Below, piece by piece: positions 37,762-47,000 of a stretch of DNA of 64,000 nt. The stretch comes from Acidobacteriota bacterium (GTDB taxonomy: Bacteria > Acidobacteriota > Thermoanaerobaculia > Gp7-AA8): positions 1 to 64,000 of the forward strand of contig JAFATB010000012.1 of the NCBI GenBank assembly GCA_019244185.1, written 5' to 3'. The translations under genes were made by a program, and so were the position numbers. Positions within the stretch are counted from its first letter, which is position 1. Each line of letters begins with the position of its first letter. The notes below the pieces were generated by a model, which made no database searches, was not told the origin of the DNA, and saw nothing but the letters and a program-made list of their open reading frames with translations.

Positions 37762-39171
37762 TCAGACGAGCGACGGCAGCCGCTCGATCAACCGCTGCAG
37801 CCTCCGCAATGTCCGCTCTTTCCCCAGCACCACCGCGACGTCGAAGATCGGCGGCGACGCGCCGCGTCCCGTGAGCGCGAGCCGCAGCGGATGAATGAGC
37901 TTCGCCGCGGAGACGCCGCGCGCTTCCGCCAGCGCGCGCAACGCGGCCTCGCTCGTCGCGACGTCGAACGGCTCCGTCGCCGCGAGCGTGTCGTGCAGCT
38001 CGCGCAGGCGCCCGGCGAGGTCGTCGCCCTTCAGATGCTTCTTCACCGCGTCGGCGTCGTAGTCGATCGATGCGTCGTCGGTGAAGAACGGCGTCATCAG
38101 CTCCGCGAGCTCTTTCAACGTCCGCGCGCGCGACTTGTTCAACTCGATCACCGCGCGCAGCTCCTCGAGCGGACGCGGATCGTCGCCGAGGAACGGGACG
38201 AGATGCGGATGGATCTCGTCGGCCGACATGCGCATCAGATACTGGCCGTTCATCCAGAGCAGCTTCTCCGGATCGAACACCGCCGGCGCCTTGTTGACGT
38301 CGGCGAGATCGAAGAGCTGCGCGGCTTCGTCGAACGAGATCAGCTCGCGGTCGCCGCCGGGATTCCAGCCGAGGAGCGTGAGGAAGTTGAAGAGCGCCTG
38401 CGGGACGATGCCCATGTCGCGGTACTCCTCGGCGGACGTCGCGCCGGTGCGCTTCGAGAGGCGCTTGCGGTCGCCGCCGAGGATCAGCGGGAGATGCGCG
38501 AACGACGGCACGCTCGCGCCGAACGCGCGAAAGAGCAGGATGTGCTTCGGCGTGTTCGAGAGGTGATCGTCGCCGCGCGCGACGTGCGTGATCTCCATGT
38601 CGATGTCGTCGACGACGACGGAGAGGTGATACGTCGGATGATCGTCGGAGCGGATGAGCACGAAGTCGTCGATGAGCTCCGCCTCGAACCGCACGTCGCC
38701 GCGAATGAGGTCGTGGAACTCGATCGCGCCGGAGCCGACCTTGAAGCGGATCACGTGCGGCGCGTCGTCGGGCTGCGGCTCGCCCGCTTCCGCGCGGCGG
38801 CGGCACTTGCCGGAGTAGCGATACGCGGTGCCTGCCGATTCCGCGGCGGTGCGCTCCGCGTCGAGCTCTTCGACGGTGCAGTAGCAGCGATACGCCTTAG
38901 CGCTCGCGATCAGCTCTTCGGCGCGCTCGCGGTAGCGGTCGAGCCGGTCGCTTTGGTAGACCGGACCTTCGTCCCACGCGACGCCGAGCCACTGCAGCGA
39001 GCTGACGATCTGCTCGGCGTGATGCTGCTTCGAGCGCTCGACGTCCGTGTCTTCGATGCGCAGCAGCATGCGGCCGCCGAAGTGCCGCGCGTGAAGGAGA
39101 TTGAAGATGGCTGTCCTGGCGCCGCCGACGTGCAGGAAGCCGGTCGGCGAAGGGGCGAACCGGAGTTTCAT
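37762..39171 (-). CDS. gltX: Glutamate--tRNA ligase
   Basis: RFAPSPTGFLHVGG, RIEDTD, RLSKR; anticodon domain. Alternative start 39186. Confidence 0.95.
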   Translation of the reverse strand: MKLRFAPSPTGFLHVGGARTAIFNLLHARHFGGRMLLRIEDTDVERSKQHHAEQIVSSLQWLGVAWDEGPVYQSDRLDRYRERAEELIASAKAYRCYCTVEELDAERTAAESAGTAYRYSGKCRRRAEAGEPQPDDAPHVIRFKVGSGAIEFHDLIRGDVRFEAELIDDFVLIRSDDHPTYHLSVVVDDIDMEITHVARGDDHLSNTPKHILLFRAFGASVPSFAHLPLILGGDRKRLSKRTGATSAEEYRDMGIVPQALFNFLTLLGWNPGGDRELISFDEAAQLFDLADVNKAPAVFDPEKLLWMNGQYLMRMSADEIHPHLVPFLGDDPRPLEELRAVIELNKSRARTLKELAELMTPFFTDDASIDYDADAVKKHLKGDDLAGRLRELHDTLAATEPFDVATSEAALRALAEARGVSAAKLIHPLRLALTGRGASPPIFDVAVVLGKERTLRRLQRLIERLPSLV

Positions 39172-39207
39172 GCGGTCGCGGAGCATAACGCAAATACAAT
39201 CGCCTCC

Positions 39208-39597
39208 ATGCGCCAGCGCCAGCGCGGCTTCACGCTCGTCGAGGTTCTCGTCGCGCTGCTGATCCTGACGCTGGTGATCACGACGTCGCTGGCCGCCTTC
39301 GTCGAGCGCACGCGGCGCCTCCGCCAGGCGAACGAGATTGTGCTCGCGTATCAGGCGCTGGCGAACGAGGCCGAGTACCGCCGGCGCATCGACTTCGCCG
39401 CGGTCGCGCCGTCGACGACGTTTCTCAGCGACACGACCGTCCTCGCGCCGCTCGAGCCGTTCGCGACGGAAGTGCAGGTCGCCGCGCCGAAGCCGGGCGT
39501 GAAGAACGTCACGATGATCATCCGCTGGCAGCACGGCGACCGGCAGGCGAAGCTCGGGATCGTGCGCGTCGACACCGGAGGCTCCACGCTGTGGTGA
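39208..39597 (+). CDS. Prepilin-type protein (PilV/GspI-like)
   Basis: QRG|FTLVEVLVALLIL class III signal. Confidence 0.85.
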   Translation: MRQRQRGFTLVEVLVALLILTLVITTSLAAFVERTRRLRQANEIVLAYQALANEAEYRRRIDFAAVAPSTTFLSDTTVLAPLEPFATEVQVAAPKPGVKNVTMIIRWQHGDRQAKLGIVRVDTGGSTLW

Positions 39598-40118
39598 CGC
39601 GGCGCGCGCGCATGCGCGGCTACACGCTGCTGGAGGTCGTCATCGCCATGGCGGTGTTCGGCATGTTCCTGCTCATCGTGACGATGCTGACCAGCGAGAT
39701 GCGCAACCTCGAGAAGCGGATGCCGGTCGACTTCATGAGCCATCCGCAAGTCGCGGCCGTGCTCTCGCGGCTGCGGCGCGACGTCGAGGACGTGCACGGC
39801 GCGAATCCGTATCCGACGAACGCCGGCAGTTACTCGCAGACGCCGCAGACGCTCATCCTCGAAAGCGTGCAACCGAACGGCGGGCTGCAGACGATCGTCT
39901 GGGATTTCTCGTCGCCCGGCGTCGCCGTGCGGCACGCGACGAACGTCGGCATCACCACCGACTGGACCGCGCGCGGTCTGCCGCCGGAGTTCTCGAACCA
40001 GTTCGCCATCGACGCGATCGACATCCCCGGACGTCCGTACGGCGTGCGCGTCACCGCACGCGATCAGAAAGGCCGCATTGCCATCGATCAGCTCTTCCAG
40101 CCGCGCGCGCACGACTGA
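39594..40118 (+). CDS. Prepilin-type protein (PilW/GspJ-like)
   Basis: RG|YTLLEVVIAMAVF; GTGA overlap with the previous gene. Confidence 0.85.
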   Translation: MTRRARMRGYTLLEVVIAMAVFGMFLLIVTMLTSEMRNLEKRMPVDFMSHPQVAAVLSRLRRDVEDVHGANPYPTNAGSYSQTPQTLILESVQPNGGLQTIVWDFSSPGVAVRHATNVGITTDWTARGLPPEFSNQFAIDAIDIPGRPYGVRVTARDQKGRIAIDQLFQPRAHD

Positions 40119-40509
40119 ACGCCGTACGCGCGGCGGCGAGCGCGGCATCGCGCTCATCACCGCGATCGTGCTGTCGCTGCTCTACTTCATGCTCATCGAG
40201 CTGATGCTGATCGACTCCTCGCACGCGCTGGAGTCCGCGCGCAAGTTCCGCGGGCGCGTCGTCGCGGAGACACTCGCGGAAAATGCCGCCGAGCTCGCGG
40301 CCGCGAATCTCGTGACGAGCGCGTCGACGACGATCACCGCGAGCGACTGGCAGGGCACGATGTCCGCGAAGATGATGCGCGATGCGTCAGGCGCGTTTCA
40401 CATCACCGCCTCCGGCGCCGCGACGACGCACGAGCAAGCGATGGTGCAGGTGTACGGCGAGGTGACGGGCACGCACCTGCGTGTCAACTACACGATGCAC
40501 ACGCCGTGA
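40078..40509 (+). CDS. PilX/GspK-like minor pilin
   Basis: ERG|IALITAIV (no E5), AETLAENAAE; start uncertain. Confidence 0.7.
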   Translation: MPSISSSSRARTTERRTRGGERGIALITAIVLSLLYFMLIELMLIDSSHALESARKFRGRVVAETLAENAAELAAANLVTSASTTITASDWQGTMSAKMMRDASGAFHITASGAATTHEQAMVQVYGEVTGTHLRVNYTMHTP

Positions 40510-40551
40510 GGCGGTGGGCGGCGGCGAGCGCGAGCGCCCGCCGCCGGAACG

Positions 40552-40821
40552 TTACCGATACTTGCGCAGCAACCCGGCGCCGATCGCGAGCGCGGCGAGA
40601 CCGCCGAGCACGAGATGGCCGTTGTCGCGCGCCATGCCGCGGACCTTATTCACGTCGACATTGCTCATGCGATTGCTGATCGCATCGATCTTGCTCTGAT
40701 CGATGCCGACGCGATTGAGGATTCCGCCGAGGCCGGATGCTTTGCGCGATTCCGTCTGCGGGGTAGCATCCTGCGGCTGATACGGGTGGAACTGGCTGTT
40801 GGGATTGACGTTGTCAACCAT
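40552..40821 (-). CDS. Small hypothetical protein with C-terminal TM
   Basis: AAAGGAGG SD; C-terminal LVLGGLAALAIGAGLLRK. Confidence 0.7.
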   Translation of the reverse strand: MVDNVNPNSQFHPYQPQDATPQTESRKASGLGGILNRVGIDQSKIDAISNRMSNVDVNKVRGMARDNGHLVLGGLAALAIGAGLLRKYR

Positions 40822-40850
40822 GCAAGTCCTCCTTTGCAGTTATTATGAAT

Positions 40851-40866
40851 TGCTAATGAAGTGCCA
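40851..40866 (-). promoter_or_regulatory. Sigma54 -24/-12 promoter
   Basis: Minus strand TGGCACTTCATTAGCA (GG-N10-GC), upstream of the 40821 gene. Confidence 0.6.
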
Positions 40867-40907
40867 AGACGCTGGATTTTCAGGCAGTTACGGCTGAAAG
40901 GTGACCG

Positions 40908-41105
40908 ATGGCAGGCAATCCCCGCGAGCATGTGAAAGACAAGGGATTCTGGGACGGCGGTACGCCGGGCCAGAGCGGCAACGGCGAAACGGCGGGACGT
41001 CCGAGCGGCGTGCCCGGCTCGCGCCGGCCGGGACGCGTCGGCGTGAACACCGACATCGACTTCCCGCCGGCGGATCCGGACGGCACGGAGGTCGTGAAGG
41101 AGTAA
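40908..41105 (+). CDS. Small hydrophilic hypothetical protein
   Basis: AAGGTG SD-like site; 65 aa, Gly/Pro/Asp-rich. Confidence 0.5.
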   Translation: MAGNPREHVKDKGFWDGGTPGQSGNGETAGRPSGVPGSRRPGRVGVNTDIDFPPADPDGTEVVKE

Positions 41106-41128
41106 AATCGCGGAGCACTCTCAATTCG

Positions 41129-41695
41129 ATGAGCTCCACGGTCTCCGGAACGGCACTCCTTCCTGCGATCGCACGTGGCGATGTCACGGCGTTCGAGGAG
41201 TTGTACGACCGCCACTCCTCCACGGTCTACGCGATCCTGCTCCGCATCCTCGGCAATGCGCAGGACGCGGAGGAAGTGCTGCAGGAGACGTTCGTCAAAG
41301 CGTGGTCGAGCGCGAAGATGTTCGACGCGCTGCGCGGCAGCGAAGTGGCGTGGCTCATCTCGATCGCGCGCAGCCGCGGCATCGACCGCCTGCGTTCGCG
41401 CAGGATCCGCGTCGAGCGTGAAGACGAAGCGGGACGCGAAGTGGCGATCATCTCCGACGGCGCCGATCGCTCGAACGGCGTCGACCAGGTGATCCGCGCG
41501 CAGGAACGCATCGCCGTCCGCGGCGCGCTCGCCGAACTGCCGGAACCGCAGCGCGTCGCGTTGGAGCTCGCGTACTTTGAGGGGCTGTCGCAGTCGGAGA
41601 TCGCGGCGAAGCTCAACGAGCCGCTCGGCACGATCAAGACGCGCATGCAGCTCGGGATGAAGAAGCTGCGCGACCGGCTACAGGCGTTTCATTAG
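41129..41695 (+). CDS. ECF sigma-70 factor (SigK-like)
   Basis: AFEELYDRH, DAEEVLQETF, WLISIARSRGIDRLR, LAYFEGLSQSEIA..PLGTIKTR. Confidence 0.92.
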   Translation: MSSTVSGTALLPAIARGDVTAFEELYDRHSSTVYAILLRILGNAQDAEEVLQETFVKAWSSAKMFDALRGSEVAWLISIARSRGIDRLRSRRIRVEREDEAGREVAIISDGADRSNGVDQVIRAQERIAVRGALAELPEPQRVALELAYFEGLSQSEIAAKLNEPLGTIKTRMQLGMKKLRDRLQAFH

Positions 41696-42465
41696 AGCCC
41701 GACGATGTTGTAGCCGCAGTCGACGAACATCACTTCGCCGGTGATGCCGCTCGACATCGGCGAGACGAGGAACAGCGCGGCGTTGCCGACTTCCTCGAGC
41801 TCGACGTTGCGGCGCAGCGGCGCTTTCTCGGCGTGGTGATGCAGCATGCCGGTGAAGCCTTTGATGCCGCGCGCGGCGAGCGTGTTCACGGGACCGGCGG
41901 AGATCGCGTTGACGCGGACGTTGCGCGGGCCGAGGTTCGCGGCGAGGTAGCGGACGCTCGCTTCGAGCGATGCTTTCGCAACGCCCATGAGGTTGTAGCC
42001 TTCGACCGCTTTTTCGGCACCGTAGTACGTGAGCGCCACGACGGAGCCGCCGCCCGATTTCTCGAACAGCGGCAGCGCGGCTTTGGTGAGCGCGACGAGC
42101 GAGTAGGCGGAGATGTCGTGCGCGAGCTTGAAGCCTTCACGCGAGGTGTTGACGAACTCGTTCTCGAGATCGTCCTTCGGCGCGTATGCGACGGAGTGCA
42201 CGAGGCTGTCGAGGCGTCCGAGCTCGGCGTCGACGCGCCCGAAGACGTCGGCCACTTCGGCGTCATTCGTCACATCGCACGGCAGGAGCAGCGAATCGGG
42301 CAAGGTCGAGGTGAGCGCGGCGACGCTGTCCTTCAGCCGCTCGCCCTGGTACGTGAAGGCGAGTCGCATGCCTTCGCGCGAGAGCGCCTGCGCGATGGCC
42401 CACGCGAGCGAACGCTTGTTCGCCACGCCGAACACGATTCCGGTTTTTCCCTCCAGCAAGCCCAT
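41692..42465 (-). CDS. fabI: Enoyl-ACP reductase
   Basis: GVANKRSLAW, YNLMGVAKASLE, ISAGPVNTLAA. Confidence 0.95.
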   Translation of the reverse strand: MGLLEGKTGIVFGVANKRSLAWAIAQALSREGMRLAFTYQGERLKDSVAALTSTLPDSLLLPCDVTNDAEVADVFGRVDAELGRLDSLVHSVAYAPKDDLENEFVNTSREGFKLAHDISAYSLVALTKAALPLFEKSGGGSVVALTYYGAEKAVEGYNLMGVAKASLEASVRYLAANLGPRNVRVNAISAGPVNTLAARGIKGFTGMLHHHAEKAPLRRNVELEEVGNAALFLVSPMSSGITGEVMFVDCGYNIVGL

Positions 42466-42512
42466 GAGCCCGACTCCTTCCGCGCCGCATCATAGCAGCG
42501 CGAAACGGCGGC

Positions 42513-42830
42513 TCACGCGCAGTGCCGCGCCACTTCCGCGCCCATCGTGCCGGTGAGCATCTTCCAGAGCATCACGTAGTCGGCGGCGAGCGAGTAGAAC
42601 GGGTGGCCGAACGTGGCGGGCTTGTTGTGCTCGACGAAGAAGTGGCCGTACCACGCGAAGCCGTAGCCGATGAGCGGCGCGCCGAGGAAGAACCACGGAC
42701 TGACGGTGATGCCGAGGACGACGGACGCGAGCGCGAGCAGCGAGCCGGTGGCGTGGAGCAGGCGCGTGCGCGGTCGCGAATGCGCGCGCACGTAATACGG
42801 CCAGAAGTCGGCGAACGAACGGATGTCCAT
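42513..42830 (-). CDS. DUF962/Mpo1-like membrane protein
   Basis: FWPYYVRAHS, GYGFAWYGHFFVEHNKPATF. Confidence 0.88.
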   Translation of the reverse strand: MDIRSFADFWPYYVRAHSRPRTRLLHATGSLLALASVVLGITVSPWFFLGAPLIGYGFAWYGHFFVEHNKPATFGHPFYSLAADYVMLWKMLTGTMGAEVARHCA

Positions 42831-42868
42831 CGGCGGCCCGGGCGTGATTCTCGCACGACGCTCATGGC

Positions 42869-43111
42869 ATGGCGCAGGATTTCGAATCGCTACTCAAAGA
42901 GGTTTTCGGCGAGCCGCTGAGCCGGCTCACGCAGTTCCAGACCGATCAACTCGGGCGGCTCACGGGCAAGCTGCAGGAGATCGCGCGCGCGGCCGTGCAG
43001 GAAGAGCTCACGCGTCTGCAGACCGAGGTGTCGGAGTTGCGCGCGCGTCTCACGCGGCTCGAAGAAGAGCGTCTGCAGAACGCCGCCGACTCGGTCGAAT
43101 CCGCCGTCTGA
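42869..43111 (+). CDS. Small coiled-coil hypothetical protein
   Basis: 80 aa; heptads LQTEVSELRARLTRLE. Confidence 0.65.
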   Translation: MAQDFESLLKEVFGEPLSRLTQFQTDQLGRLTGKLQEIARAAVQEELTRLQTEVSELRARLTRLEEERLQNAADSVESAV

Positions 43112-43221
43112 CGCGCGGGCGGCTCCGCGGGCGGCGTTGTGGCTGTATGGAAGTGCGTCCTCCCTCGCCGCGCGTCTCTGTTAGCGTTGCGTCGCACGCA
43201 AAAACGATTGGAGGCGACTGC

Positions 43222-43941
43222 ATGCGGCAATCCACGCTGACGCTGTGTCTCATCGTGCTTCTCGTTTCCGCCGGCTCTGCATTCGGGCAGGCGATCACCG
43301 CGGTCGAACCAGGCTCGTACGACGACGTGAACACCTGCAACGATCAGGGTGCATTCACGAACGTCGCGGGCAATCCGCCGCCGGGCATCATCCTGCAGAA
43401 AGGCTGCACGACGGCGACGTTCGCGTATGCCTACGCGGACATCATCACCCCGCTCGAAGGCGGTCCGGTCAGCGCGCTGACGAGCGCCGGCTTCGACGTG
43501 CTGAACTCGAGCAGTTGCGGGTCCGGCTCGCCGCGCCTCAATCTCGTGCTCAACGGCGGCGCGATCTTCGTCACGGGTCTCGGCTGCGCCTATGGCGCGC
43601 GTGCGGACCTCGGCAACGGCTGGTCGCGCATCACCTTCAGTGCCGCCGACATCGCCACGGCAGTCCTCGCCGCCGGAGGCAGCCCAAGCAGCACGCTCGA
43701 CGACATGTACATCCTGATGGACGAAGGCACCGACACGCCGACGTCTCCGTACAACACGACGCAGGGCACGGCCTTCGTGGTCACGCCCGGCACGTCGTTC
43801 ATCGACAACATCATGATCAACGGCGACGTCGTCGGCGCGCCTGCGGCCGCGGCGCCCGTGCCGACGGCGAGCGAGGCCGGTCTCCTCGCGCTGGCGGGGC
43901 TGCTCGGACTCGCGGCGATCTTCGTGATGCGCCGCGGTTGA
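43222..43941 (+). CDS. Secreted protein with IPTL-CTERM-like sorting signal
   Basis: GGAGG SD; signal peptide; C-terminal VPTASEAG + TM + RR. Confidence 0.8.
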   Translation: MRQSTLTLCLIVLLVSAGSAFGQAITAVEPGSYDDVNTCNDQGAFTNVAGNPPPGIILQKGCTTATFAYAYADIITPLEGGPVSALTSAGFDVLNSSSCGSGSPRLNLVLNGGAIFVTGLGCAYGARADLGNGWSRITFSAADIATAVLAAGGSPSSTLDDMYILMDEGTDTPTSPYNTTQGTAFVVTPGTSFIDNIMINGDVVGAPAAAAPVPTASEAGLLALAGLLGLAAIFVMRRG

Positions 43942-43955
43942 CGGTGTGAACTCCC

Positions 43956-43987
43956 GCTCTCCCCGCGTACGCTCGCGCGGGGAGAGC
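43956..43987. terminator. GC hairpin between convergent genes
   Basis: GCTCTCCCCGCG-N8-CGCGGGGAGAGC, 12-bp stem. Confidence 0.55.
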
Positions 43988-44003
43988 CCCGACGCCACGT
44001 TCT

Positions 44004-47000
44004 CTAGAACGCGTAGCCGAGGCTGATGAAGTACGTGAACGCGCGCTCGTGCTCGCGGCGCTGCAGGGGCCAGCCGAGGTCGAAGCGCAGCGGGCCGACC
44101 GGCGAGAGGTAGCGCACGCCGAAGCCGAGGCCGTAGCGCAGCATGTCGAAGCGGATCGTGTCGTCCTTGTAGACGTTACCCGCGTCGGCGAAGAGCGCCC
44201 CGCCGAGACTGGAGACGATCGGGAAGCGGTACTCCGCGTTGAAGAGCAGCAGGCCGCTGCCGCCGAGCGGCAGCACCGGCCCGACTTCCTCGTGCGTCTC
44301 GGGATCGATGCGGCGGAAGAGCGTCGGCTGGCAGATGCCGCTCTTGTCGAAGTCGCGCGGATCGGTGCACAGCGTGCCGAGGAGGTCGGTCATGAAGCCG
44401 CGGTGCGTGGTCTCGCCGCCGGCGGTGAAGCGCTCGGACAGCGGCACGTCGTCGTGCGTGGTGATGCCGTGCGGCTGAATGAGGCCGAGGCGGCCGGAGA
44501 GCGCGAGCACGGTGCGCGTGGAGAGCGGCAGGTAGTACGCGCCCTGCGCGAATTCCTTCGTGAAGTTCGCGTCGGCGGCGAAGAGCGGGAACGCGTACTC
44601 GATCGACGCGCTGGTGAAGAAGCCGCGGTGCGGATCGATGATGTCGTCGCGCGTGTCCCAGAAGAACGTCGGCGTGAGGCTGGAGATGGCGATGTTGAGC
44701 AGCGAGCGGTCGATGCCTTCGACGGGATCGCCGCTGTTGATCGCGTCGCAGACGTCGCCTTCGCGGCAGTCGGAGATCTTGTACTCGTAGCGCACCGACC
44801 AGCGCGTGCGCGTCAGCGCGACTTTCGTGATCTCGATCGACGTACCGCGCTGGAGGATGCGCGTGCCGGGACGCGTGGCGTCGTCGGTCTGGAAGACCTG
44901 CAGTTGCAGCGGCACGTTCCAGCGGCTGATGAACGGCTCGCGGTACGTGATGAACGCTTCCTGTTCTTTCTGCTGGCCGCGGCTGAGGACCGTCTCGATG
45001 CCGAGGTAGCGGCCGGTGCCGAAGAGGTTGCGGTGCGCGGCCGCGAGCGCGACGCGCGGCTCGATCTGCACGCCGTCGCCGACCGTGCCGCGTTGCGCGC
45101 GCAGTCCGACCGAACCGGTCAGCGTGAGGTTGCGTCCTTCCTCCACCTGCAGCACGACGTTGCGATCGCCGACGGTCGTGCCGGCCTGCTCGGGTTGCAC
45201 CTCGACGCGGTTGAAGATACCGAGCGCGTAGAGATTGCGCTGCGCCGCGAGAAGCGCGGTGTAGCTGAACGGCTGGCCCGCGTGGATGTCGGCCGTGCGC
45301 AGCACGACGTCGCGGTCGGTGTACGTGTTGCCGCGCACGGTGACGTCGCCGATGTCCACGTGCGGCCCTTCCGTCACGACATACGTCAGCACCGCCTGCG
45401 TTTTGTCGGTGCTGAGCTCCACCCGTGGGGCAACCTGTACTTCCGTATGGCCGGCGTCGGCGTAGTACGTCTGCAGCGCGACGACGTCGTTGTGCTCGAG
45501 CTGCGGATTGAGCGGATCGCCCGCCTTGAGCACCGGCTTCGGCGCGTTGCCATGTTCTTTCGGATCGATGCCTTCGGTCGTGACGGTGGTGAGGATCGTC
45601 TGCGGACCTTCGGTGATCGGGAAGTCGACGGTCATCGTTCCCGCCGCCTCATTCGGCGTGACCGCCGGCTCCCCGACGGTCGCCTCGGAGAATCCATTGA
45701 GGCGGTAGTACGACTCGAGGGAATCGCGGTCGCCGCTCAGCTGCTCGCGCGTGACGCCGGTGGGGCGGCGGAAGATCGTGGCGACGAGGCGCTTGATGCC
45801 GCCGCTCGGCGACGTGGCCACGAGCTTCTGCAGCGCCTTGTCGGTGACTCTCGCATTGCCGCTGAACGTGACGCCGGCGAGGCGCAGCTTCGGCCCCGGG
45901 CTGACGTTGAACGTCGTCGTCCAGACGTTGCCGGAGAGCGCGCTCTCCGTGTCGACGGCGGCGAGGTAGTAGCCGCGCTCCTGCAGGCCGCGCGTGATGT
46001 CGTCGGCGGCCTTGTCGACCGCGTCCTCGCTGTACTCCTGGTTGCGCGCGAACGGCAGCCACTTGCGGACCATGCTGCGCGGCACGCCTTTGACCGCGAC
46101 CTGCACGGTCGGGCCGACGGTGACGCGGTAGCGCAGCGCGACGGTGTGCGTGGCGGCGTCGTAGGTGTCGCTCACGTACGTGACGTCGGCGCGACGGTAG
46201 CCGCGGCGCAGGAGGAAGTTCTTCATGCGCTCGGCGTCGAAGCGCGCGTCCTGCCGCTCGAACGTTTTTCCGGGACGGCGCTTCATCCGCCCGATCAATT
46301 GCGCGGTGGTGAACGGCGCCGTGTTGCCTTCGATGGTGACGTTGCCGACCTTCGCCAGTGGCCCGGGCGTCACCTCCAGCGTGACGTCGGCGATGTTGCG
46401 CGCGCGGTCGAAGGTCGTCGACGGATCGACGATCGCCTCGAGGTAGCCGTAGCGATGCAGCATGTCCTCGACGGCGAGCGCGCTGTCGTTGACGTCGTCG
46501 AGCGAGAGCACCTCGCCCGGCCGCACCGTGAGCTCGCGCTCGGCGCGCGCGCGGTCGTTGTGTCCGACGCCGCTGATGGTGATGTTGTTCACGCGGTAGT
46601 GAAGGAAGAGCGAGAACGTGAGCACGACGCCGGCGGGATCATTCGCCGCGTCGACGCGGATGTCGCGGAAGTTGCCGGTGCCGAAGAGGTTCTTGATCGA
46701 CGACTGCAGCTCGCGCATGGTGACCGGCTGTCCCGGCTTGAGCGTGACTTCCTGCGCGACCGTAGCGGTGTCGAAGCGCGCGTCGGCGCGGAGGTCGATG
46801 CGCGCGATGGTCTTGCCGTTCGCCGCGCGCGCGTTGACGGCGGTCACCGGCAATGGCGGCGGCGCGGCGACCGGCGCGGTGCTCGTCGCAGTTGCAGCGT
46901 TCGCGACATTCGCCGGCGTCGTCGTGGTCTGTCCCGGCGTGCCGCTGCTGCTGATCGTCGCGGCGGTGGCGTAGTCGTCTTCCTTCGCGTCGCGGAAGCT

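Noticed and set aside
39208-40509. Three minor pilins as a novel secretion system
   Set aside because: No ATPase, platform or secretin genes here; consistent with a dispersed T4P/T2SS minor-pilin cluster.
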